The notes below the pieces were generated by a model. The model had not been told where the DNA came from. It saw only the letters and a program-made list of their open reading frames with translations, and ran no database searches. Of a stretch of 64,000 nucleotides of DNA, positions 57,001-64,000 are shown piece by piece (the first letter of the stretch is position 1; the number at the start of each line of letters is the position of its first letter). This stretch comes from Naegleria gruberi (lineage: Eukaryota): assembly GCA_000004985.1 (NCBI GenBank), contig GG738886.1. The stretch is one strand, 5' to 3'. The translations under genes were made by a program, and so were the position numbers.

Positions 57001-58679
57001 GTTCCACCAATCATTGATGCTTCCATCATGTCCATTTCAGGTGAGAGTCCACCCAAATTATTGCTTGTAGTTGCATAGTGTTGCATGTTGTGATCGGCAG
57101 AATTACCAGGAGGGGAAGTGCTACTTGAAGATGAGGATGAATGTTCATAACTGGTTTGTGAAGTGGTTGGCATTTGTCTGACAAATCCTAAACCATTTAC
57201 ATTAGGTTGCACAATGTAATGACCCATCGAATCATCATGTAAGCTACTTTGAGTACTGCCCATACTGCCAGCAAAAAGACTTTTTCCACTCGATACACTC
57301 GTTGGAAGGCTACCATCTTGGTTTCTCAACAAGCTACCAATAGAGCTAGAAGATGTTCCCATTCTATTACCTGAGTGATCCATAACAACATCCATTACAC
57401 TACCAGTCGATCCGAATATATCTTGGAAAGAGTTTGTGCTAGACGATAAAAAGCCACTACCCAAACTGTTGCTGTTAACAGCAGAATTAAGGCTGGTACC
57501 TGCTATAAATTCATTCTCATGAGAATAAGAGTTTGGCTCAGTTGTAAACATGTCAGTATGGTTGACTGAATCAAACAAGTTATTGTTAAATGATGAAGAG
57601 TAAGCAAGTTGTGGCATGTTCATAACTCCATTCACATTGTTAATATTGTTAGCATTATTGGTCATTACATAATTTGGTTGATTTAGTTGTTGTTGTTGTT
57701 GAATTTGAGCAAAAAGGTTATTGACAATATTATTTTGTTGTTGCTGTTGAGAATTAAGTTGTTTTGAATTCATATTTGGAGAATTCAAACCATTCATTTG
57801 ATTGTTTGTACTATTTGAACTGTTTTGACTGACAGGAGTTACTACTTGTTGTTGTTGAATAGGAGAAGTGGTAGAATTGGAATGTTGTGAAGGAGAGGTA
57901 GAGGCAGTAGATATTAAATGTGGATGTTGCATCAAAATGTTACCAACATTTTGGGCACCCAGAACATTTGTCAACATTATAAGTTGGCTGAGTTTTTCCT
58001 GTTGATCGGCATCACTCTGTGAACCATTACTTCCCTGATCACAATTCATGTTTGGAGATTGTTGTGGTGAAGGTGTTGATTGTGGTTGTTGCTGTTGTTT
58101 GTTCACAGTATTATTCTTCTCTAACATGAATCTCTTCCACAAAAATCTTGCAAATGTTGTAGGAATACCATACTGAATAAGTTCTTCCTCTGATAGTTGA
58201 GCAAGAACATTACTGGATTTGATGTAATTCTGAGCGAATATATTGGCAATAGGATAAAAGTCATTATCACTCAAATACATGGTATTCTTGGTTTCTGATA
58301 ACATGGAAGCAAATCTAGGTGAAAAGGACAAGCTGGTTTGTTGTCCATAGTTTCTTTGATTCAATTGGGCAGTATTAATGGGCATCACTCTAGACATGCC
58401 CATATTAGACGTATTGTTGCTGTTAGTTTGTTGTTGTTGAGTAGAATTGTTTGTAGGAGAATGATACACAACTCCTCCCATAGGTGAATTATGCTGATTC
58501 GTATTGTTTGCCAGCAAGTATTGCTTTTGGAGAGCTTGTTGGTATTGGACAAGTTGTTCTGGGGAGAGGACTAGACCGTTATTGTTATTATAGATTTGAT
58601 TATTGTTGTTCATGAGTCTCATTCCATTGTTGTTGTTATTCATCATCATGGATGGTGAAAGGTTGTTGTTGTTGTCCAT
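54006..58679 (-). CDS. Very long Q/N-rich protein (1,557 aa) with a C-terminal PPPDE/DeSI-like (DUF862) cysteine-peptidase domain
   Basis: Uninterrupted ORF. The C-terminal pattern has a His in HTGLLIGPWRFDFYDHSIVR and a Cys in KCNCQHFVTDVLGRL, resembling the PPPDE NCNHF catalytic dyad. An upstream Q/N-rich ORF (58636-58875) in another frame suggests the real N-terminus may start at the ATG at 58875. Confidence 0.75.
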   Translation of the reverse strand: MDNNNNLSPSMMMNNNNNGMRLMNNNNQIYNNNNGLVLSPEQLVQYQQALQKQYLLANNTNQHNSPMGGVVYHSPTNNSTQQQQTNSNNTSNMGMSRVMPINTAQLNQRNYGQQTSLSFSPRFASMLSETKNTMYLSDNDFYPIANIFAQNYIKSSNVLAQLSEEELIQYGIPTTFARFLWKRFMLEKNNTVNKQQQQPQSTPSPQQSPNMNCDQGSNGSQSDADQQEKLSQLIMLTNVLGAQNVGNILMQHPHLISTASTSPSQHSNSTTSPIQQQQVVTPVSQNSSNSTNNQMNGLNSPNMNSKQLNSQQQQQNNIVNNLFAQIQQQQQLNQPNYVMTNNANNINNVNGVMNMPQLAYSSSFNNNLFDSVNHTDMFTTEPNSYSHENEFIAGTSLNSAVNSNSLGSGFLSSSTNSFQDIFGSTGSVMDVVMDHSGNRMGTSSSSIGSLLRNQDGSLPTSVSSGKSLFAGSMGSTQSSLHDDSMGHYIVQPNVNGLGFVRQMPTTSQTSYEHSSSSSSSTSPPGNSADHNMQHYATTSNNLGGLSPEMDMMEASMIGGTVSYPCRVKTEGQVYWPKVVSWYKREGDSEKELFTVIIANDSSSGKAGADKKKSKSGKPATITTSPPNTESQDLLLDFRNKYIRISLTEGGKDNLIKVERVGSQPQDDVWGFLITDTSKGIDFIDELKNLGFPEDSYTLSTVGTFPPQKQIMGFERLSTEQGGTVQAKQDDQILLMRFPRYAEPVKGIRKKKLLLIKYRFVHNECAYSFYSLFNLRKENHNAAMSTDDIWISSLFIEKDINNMSPMRPLQRSPVNPEPVPEVTRGSAKQKRTCDWETADANQLQFIANNPTVGKGGVDVVCKLDLSFEGNSMKRKFVADPSIESEMFLVEAEMSYDFIERGFFKIVRVVQQVDHVDLVVRMPRPTRETTTPQTIFFRILYNMKAILVNPQTKQQGKFTYEPIDKEELSNQATSKLLEFYQSYGSQFNDEVRRLIADKISNQIHNVTFDDMEGIHPKQYANLYVQFTELHYRVVTDESEMDEEEFINAVNSLGHESRDIYGFTLLTHYAFRGMKKHCRILMNRFGMSFENKDNLGVSVLEWCRLAHNPNNILELSYLEKSKTIPRHGIYTTSSPSIPIKQTKKDSTGSSPPNSTGTSPVRKSSWFSGIFRNIFTSPSQNQIYFDEDLTEEKESAQPLDMNVTSYDERLLSLEERQGMKLYLDKLKKLDEKISSKHGQGKSQEKSQAWKDLYLDENKTIEAQNAICKDRFVAKHYGKTMEHLSKKHKDERKPPLMTVKIIVSDCTNDFRNSLFDLFRPTYKDNLFGAFHTGLLIGPWRFDFYDHSIVRVRGDYRVYRNEYALAVIDVGSFSKVDNIKNALDTVASACVEWNATKTYDPFKCNCQHFVTDVLGRLNLWSDKPQTSPLSPFERYLEDLRKGRSERKFYFSDAIKSLKEQYPESSYWENDYITFNSRKELNDFCHWLDGMKYFENEESVSDIKLLKSFDRSFCMQSMNPEQEVSESDTSTVWFFSEDGTEFANSLNKLVFNLPGVTFPQALRV

Positions 58680-59742
58680 TGTTATTCATAAAGTTGGACT
58701 GTGGATAACCATTTTGTGGAATTGGAGAGTTTTTCAATGGTTGTTGTTTCTGTACATTTGGAGAGGTTGTATTTGTATGATTCATCATTCCGTTTTGTTG
58801 TTGTGTTGATTGACCAGTTGATGATGATGTAACTACTCGATTGTTTACTGTCGCTGTTGGGCCTTGATTCATCATCTAATTAGATTAGAATGTGTATATA
58901 TTCTTTGTTATATTGTGATTAATAACTTTCAACTCCTTTCTAATAATTGAAAATAATCAAAACGTTATGAAAGGATAATTGCGCTAGTTGAGAGTGGGTT
59001 TCTAATTGAACGGACGTGTCCAATTTTTTTTGTGGATACTTTGACAATCAGCTTCTCTCAAGCGCATGATAAATCACGCCTCTTCTCGGATCATGATGGT
59101 CGACAGAGGTTTGAAACTGAATTTTTCATCTCTAACAAGAAGGAAGTTGTGAACATATGTCAAGGGCTAATTAAGAGGTTTTAAAACACCAATCATTAAC
59201 TAGAAGGAAATTAAAAGGTAAGGTGGTGATGGAAGCAGTATTTGTGCTGGTTCTCCTATCGAAAACGATCCGCTCTTAAACTTCTTCGCAGTCAAATTCA
59301 TCACCTTGTCATCTAATATTCAATTATTTGTATCATGATAAACAATGAATGACTGGCCATTAGTGAATAAATAGAAATGGGGAGTTACATTCCTCTAATG
59401 GTTCCGATGTTCTTAGCACTTTGGATTTGCCTATGTAATTTATTGTTGGCATCATGATTTTGTTTGCATCTACGACTTCTAACTCAATCGTGTTAAATAA
59501 ACACGAGTGAGGTAGTTTTCTTGTTATTGAGGATTCAATAACCCGCCATTTTATTATTAAAATTTACTGTTATTAAAATAAAAAATTGAAACACAACGCT
59601 TTGTTATCATCTGCTTAATATGAAGTAGGAATATAGTTGTTATCAGAGAATTTGTAAATCCATCAAATATTTCAAGTGGAAGAGAAGGATGGATGAATAA
59701 TTTGTCAGGTTTCACTTTCACAAGGAGCATCAAAAAATTATC

Positions 59743-61539
59743 ATGAAATGTTCACGCTCTTACATCAGCAGGTCTTTGAAATTAATAATTGATTTAAATC
59801 ATCATCATATTCAACAAGAGCGATTGTGTAGGAATGTGTTGCTGTCTTCAACAAGTTCTTTTCATCAAAGCTTGTTTTTGCATAATCACGCTACTTCCAA
59901 TAGGAAAGAAAAATGTCCTCATCATCAACAAGTTGATGAACAAAGTAAGAGAAATACCTCTTCGCCAGAAACATGCTCATTTAATGATTCGGATGGTATA
60001 ACAAAACCAGTTACTTTCAAAACTTTTGAAGATATTCCTGGACCTAAAGGATTGCCAATATTGGGTAATGTTATTGACCTTGTAAAGGTTTCAGCCAATC
60101 CTTTCGATTATTTTGCTGATTTGATAAGAGAATATGGGGAAATTGTGAAAATTACAGCCTTCAACAAAAAGATGATTCTCCTGGCCAATCCAGAAATGAT
60201 GATGGAACTAATGAAGAAAGATGAAGGGAGAATAACATTGGAGGCTTTCAGGAAATTCAAATTGGAGAGAAATATGGCTCTAGCTCCAGTGGAAATGTAC
60301 TATGAGGAGAATTGGCAACAAGTGAGACAATTGTTCAATGTTGCAATGAAACCTGAATTTTTGGAAACTATAGTTATTCCACAAGTGACTGAACTAGGCA
60401 GTGAATTACTTCACTCTATAGTAAAGAATTTGAAACCTTTGGGAAATGATACTTATGAATTGTCAAATTCAATTAACGTTATCAATAGATATGCATTCAA
60501 TACAGTTATCAAAACTTTCCTTGGTGTGAAAATGAATGATGAGCTTGCTAAGCAATTACCATTTGATATTAATGGATTTGTAAATAATGTAGTGGTAGGA
60601 TTGGATCTAGTTTTGCGAATTCAAAATGGTCCCCCTCTCTTTAAATTATTCAAAACAAAGGATTATAGAATTATGGAGGAAAATATGATACAAAGCTTTG
60701 AACGAGCCCAGTACTGTATTGATTTATTTGGAAAGGAGCAACCAGTTGGGAGTAAACCGAGAATGAAAGAATTACTGGATGAAAGGTCAAAAACCATGGA
60801 TAGAGGCCAAGATAATGTGACAATGGTAATGGCTTCCTTCTTAATGGCAGGTTCTGATGTTACAAGCCGCGTTATGTCTGTCCTTTTGCATAGAATAGCT
60901 CATGAACCAGAGTATCAGGATAAACTCTATGAAGAATTGGAGGAGGTTTTTGGAGAACCAACACTCAGTGAGTACACCTCAGAGAATGGACTCGAGTTAA
61001 CCAATGAAAAATTGAAGAAATGCAAATTAGTGAGGAATTTTGTTGAGGAGAATATGAGACTCAATCACCTTGCAAAAATTTCAACAGCCAGAAGATTAAG
61101 TAAGGATATTACTGTTGGAGAGTACTTGTTCGAGAAGGATACTCAAGTAATGATGTTTGAAGATCCTCAATTCACTGAGGAATACATACCCAATAGCACA
61201 CAATTCATTCCTGAGAGACACGAGAAGGGTAATCCTAATGCAATTCTCAAAACATTTCCAGGTCCTTTTGGAAGAGGTGGTACGTTGTTAAATTCTTTTC
61301 ATATAGTTTGACGAAATATATTTTCAGCAAGAAAATGTCCAGGTGAAAGGGTGGCCTTTGTTGAAATGTGGCAATTTGTAATTAATATTGTAAGAAATTT
61401 CACAGTATCTCACAAGGAATTTCCAAAATTTGAAATTGGTACTTCACTCTACTATGTGGATATGGAAAAGTATAAGGTTGAATTCACCCCACGTAAACAT
61501 CTTGCCCAACTTGTCAGAAATAGTGAAAAATTATTGTAA
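59743..61539 (+). CDS. Cytochrome P450 (mitochondrial-clan-like), 2 exons: 59743..61279, 61328..61539 (582 aa)
   Basis: The ATG is at 59743. A basic/Ser-rich presequence (MKCSRSYISRSLKLI..) lacks a TM anchor. It is followed by FEDIPGPKGLPILGN. The ExxR motif is EENMRL. The heme loop FGRG|ARKCPGERVAF is restored by splicing out 61280-61327 (GTACGT...TTTCAG, 48 nt, phase 1). Confidence 0.85.
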
Positions 61540-61615
61540 ATATATTGAATTTATTTAACTTTTTTGATTAGTATTTACATGCATAGGGTGGTTCTGAATG
61601 AAATCACATGAATGT

Positions 61616-61852
61616 TTACAAAGAACCTCCTTTCAATTGGAGAATGAGTTGAATTATATCACCACTCTTCAATCCTACATCATTCATTGATGAATCATCA
61701 GGAAGAATTTTTCCATTCATAACCAATCTTTGTTGTGGTATGGTAACTCCAATCTTTTCCTGAATAAGCTTCTTCAAATAGATGAGCTTATCTGAAACTT
61801 CAACATCAAACTTGGAAGCACCACCTGAGAGAGTTCTTACTTGTATTTGCAT
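61616..61852 (-). CDS. Small ubiquitin-like (beta-grasp) protein, 78 aa, ending ...LQLKGG-SL
   Basis: The ATG is at 61852. MQIQVRTLSGGASKFDVEVSDKLIYLKKLIQEKIGVTIPQQRLVMNGKILPDDSSMNDVGLKSGDIIQLILQLKGGSL aligns to ubiquitin/NEDD8 (MQIFVKTLTGK...IPPDQQRLIFAGKQL...LHLVLRLRGG). The di-Gly is followed by a 2-residue tail, as in UBL modifier precursors. Confidence 0.65.
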   Translation of the reverse strand: MQIQVRTLSGGASKFDVEVSDKLIYLKKLIQEKIGVTIPQQRLVMNGKILPDDSSMNDVGLKSGDIIQLILQLKGGSL

Positions 61853-62007
61853 TCTTTTTATTCTTGTTATTGTTTAATTTTCTCCTCACCAGCATGCTCA
61901 ACCTTTTATTCATCAGCTTGTATGTTTCTACCTATAGGTTAATATTTTAAAACTGTAGTTCTTCAAGTTCATCCCTAGTGTTGAATGAACACTTTACAAA
62001 AAAAAAA

Positions 62008-62277
62008 TTAGTGTTTCTTTTGAAACTTTGATAATCCAATATTTGGCCAATACTGATTGTCATCATAAGAAATTGTTTGTTCTTCTGTTTGGTGTTGAAA
62101 GTAAATAGGTACTCCTGTTGCTTCTTCAGTCTGAATTTTCAAGTTTTCCAGGATGAGCAATAGTTCATTGACTAAGATTGCTGGCTCGCCTCCATTCCTC
62201 GTTTCCTGCACAATCGAGACCAAATCAAAAGGCATTGAAAGTCTTGGAGTGATACCTTTCATCAGTATGCCAGCCAA
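62008..62277 (-). CDS. Hypothetical small protein (84-89 aa), possibly the 3' exon of a 2-exon gene with the upstream ORF 62291..62506
   Basis: The ORF has an in-frame ATG (MKGITPRLSMPFDLVSIVQETRNGGEPAILVNELLLILENLKIQTEEATGVPI...). It is in a different frame from the upstream ORF. No clean GT-AG join was found and no family was recognised. Confidence 0.25.
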   Translation of the reverse strand: MAGILMKGITPRLSMPFDLVSIVQETRNGGEPAILVNELLLILENLKIQTEEATGVPIYFQHQTEEQTISYDDNQYWPNIGLSKFQKKH

Positions 62278-62562
62278 ATGCCACGTTTCTTTAATTTCTT
62301 GCTAAATCAGCTGAATAATCAAAGGTGGAATATTTGAGGGTGAGAAAGGCATCTAGGAAGGTTGATACATTGACAATGTGTTCTCCCATCAATATTGAGC
62401 AATATTTGATATCAAAAAACAATTTCTTGCCAGCTGTATGCAGCACATTGTAAACAAAGTATTGAAAATTATTACAAAAAAAATGAGTCAAGAGCAAAAC
62501 AACCAAATTGCTGCTCCCGAATCCGGATCAAAATTTCTGATCATCAAAATGAAGATGAAATT

Positions 62563-64000
62563 ATGATTTATGCTCGAAAACAATTTCTCAAGGAAACGAA
62601 ACGAAATTCTCTCATTCACCAATCAAGAGCAAGATTTTGTAAAATTCAACACCGAATGGATGTTCACCTCCCTGGTGAAGCAATCGTCATTTTAAATTAT
62701 TATCTCGATTTGGAAAGGAATAGTTTCGGCACTGTATTGGAATCTGTTACTAAAATTCGAAAGTTCTTATCCAGTGAAAGGGATATTATAGGGAGAATAT
62801 CAACAGTTGTTGAATCGAGAGTTTTGGAAAGGATTGTGAATTTGCTTGATGAGGAATATATTGCCAAGTTTTTTACTGTTAAAAGTGAAACGAATCAAAA
62901 CGAAACTTCACATTGTGCTAAAAGAATAATTTCTCAATCAGATTTGATTTCTATTCTGTATGAAACAAGTTGGTTGATTATTAATGTTGTGTCTGGAAAT
63001 TATGACCATACCAATTACATAGTTTCGTGTGGAGTCATTTCTAAACTTGTCAAATTGTTAAAGAAAACTAATTCTAGTTCCATAATTGATCAATGTATTT
63101 GGGCTTTGGGAAATATTGCTGGAGAATCTGTAGAATTTAGAAATTTAGTGTTAGATCACAATATTATGGAAATAATGGTGGAATTGATGCAAAATTATTT
63201 GCTACTGGATTTGAAAGTTTTAAATAGAGGTTGGTTGTAATATTTATTTACCTAACGAATACTAAGAAGAATCTGTATTGTAATGGGTCAGTTGTGTGGT
63301 GCATTTCGAATCTATTGAGTCGTACGCCTTCTCCTTCTCCTGAATATATCCAAGTTGCTGTTGCAGCACTTTTAAAGATATTTCTATCCATGGATGATAA
63401 ACCTTATAACATACGTTATCAAACTTGTTGGTCTCTTTCATATATATCTGAAACAGGACTTGACTCAATAATGGAAAATGAGGAAGCTGTTAGAAAGCTT
63501 ATTGAAATGTGCGCTGTTGAAGTTCCTGATATTAGAAAGTGAGTTTTTCAAAACTAACTGATCATTCTAATAATTTATTATAGACCTGTTGTTACAATTC
63601 TAGGAAATATTGTAGCTTATAGCGAAGAATATAGTAACAAACTACTGAGCAATGGCTTATTGGAAGCACTTATTAAAGGAGGATTGACACTTGAAGCTGT
63701 ATGGATATTGACAAATATTGATAATTGTGAAAAAATGATCAGCACAGGCATAGTTCCTCTTCTTATGGATATCATTAATGTAGATCAGTATTCAACTATT
63801 CAGACAGAGGTATTTTGGGTAATTACAAGGTTGCTACATTACCAAAAAGCAATGGAATTTATTCCCTACATGCTCGACCACAATCTTCTAAAGTGTTTTA
63901 AAAAAGGACTTAATTATTCAAATCGCAACTGGTATCCTTGCTTATCTTGCATAACATTACTAATAGGAACTCATTTGGGTGAAGGTATCTTGGAAGAATT
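62563..64000 (+). CDS. Importin-alpha-like armadillo-repeat protein (partial, continues past the right edge); exons 62563..63229, 63292..63538, 63584..>64000
   Basis: The ATG is at 62563. The ARM signatures are WALGNIAGESVEFRNLV, VWCISNLLS and PVVTILGNIVAYSEEYSN (the P..R.VGNIVTG pattern). The introns are 63230-63291 (GTTGGT...GTCAG, 62 nt, phase 1) and 63539-63583 (GTGAGT...TTATAG, 45 nt, phase 2). The N-terminus lacks an obvious IBB domain. Confidence 0.7.

Noticed and set aside
62291-62506. 71-aa ORF (MVVLLLTHFFCNNFQYF...) as a separate gene
   Set aside because: It is AT-rich and hydrophobic by composition. It lies in the divergent promoter region between the minus-strand small gene and the importin-alpha gene. 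It has an alternative (TTG) start only. At most it is a 5' exon of the 62008-62277 gene, which I could not demonstrate.
1-64000. Prokaryotic or giant-virus origin, defence islands, CRISPR, operons
   Set aside because: At least a dozen canonical spliceosomal introns are present, alongside eukaryotic cytosolic-type tRNAs, a histone fold, importin-alpha, and CAAX/F-box/SCF components. There are no repeat-spacer arrays and no Shine-Dalgarno-coupled gene strings. The high gene density reflects a compact eukaryotic genome.

Overview
This window is compact eukaryotic nuclear DNA, not prokaryotic or viral. It has AT-rich intergenic spacers and denser coding sequence, with genes on both strands about every 2 kb. 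Three canonical eukaryote-type tRNAs are present: Gly-UCC, Glu-CUC and Glu-UUC. I reconstructed at least a dozen short spliceosomal introns (40-130 nt) by hand. Donors are GTAAGT, GTAGGT, GTGAGT, GTTAGT or GTACGT, and acceptors are YAG. I can support about 33 protein-coding genes.

The recognisable genes, in order, are:
- a TMEM14-like fragment at the left edge;
- a 4-exon VPS9-domain Rab-GEF;
- a SMYD-like MYND+SET methyltransferase;
- an ADP-ribosylglycohydrolase;
- a divergent H2B-like histone;
- a 2,099-codon alpha-2-macroglobulin/thioester-containing protein with an unusual ECCEQ thioester motif and a metallothionein-like Cys/acidic insertion;
- four F-box genes, one fused to a degenerate prenylated Rho-like GTPase and one to an LRR array;
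- two genes of DUF4116-like repeats, one interrupted by an in-frame TAA;
- a secreted fibrinogen-related-domain protein;
- a divergent Hsp70-like ATPase;
- RCC1-like and TPR+RCC1 proteins;
- a LisH/CTLH protein;
- a PhyH-like oxygenase;
- a GAPVD1/RME-6-like RasGAP+VPS9 protein;
- an N-terminal-C2 (NT-C2) domain coiled-coil protein;
- an RWD-Kelch-BTB-BTB protein;
- a peroxiredoxin-fold protein lacking the catalytic Cys;
- a very long Q/N-rich protein ending in a PPPDE/DeSI-like peptidase domain;
- a mitochondrial-clan-like cytochrome P450;
- a small ubiquitin-like protein ending in GG-SL;
- an importin-alpha-like ARM protein running off the right edge.

Other features are a roughly 165-bp duplicated gene-3' segment, several N/Q-rich low-complexity proteins, and a 1.2 kb ORF-free stretch with a GC-rich hairpin next to a tRNA.

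I cannot assign the lineage. Spliceosomal introns, tRNAs, an H2B fold and importin point to a cellular eukaryote. The fibrinogen-related domain, thioester protein and mitochondrial-clan-like P450 suggest a compact invertebrate or protist genome. No CRISPR arrays, operons or prokaryotic defence systems are present.
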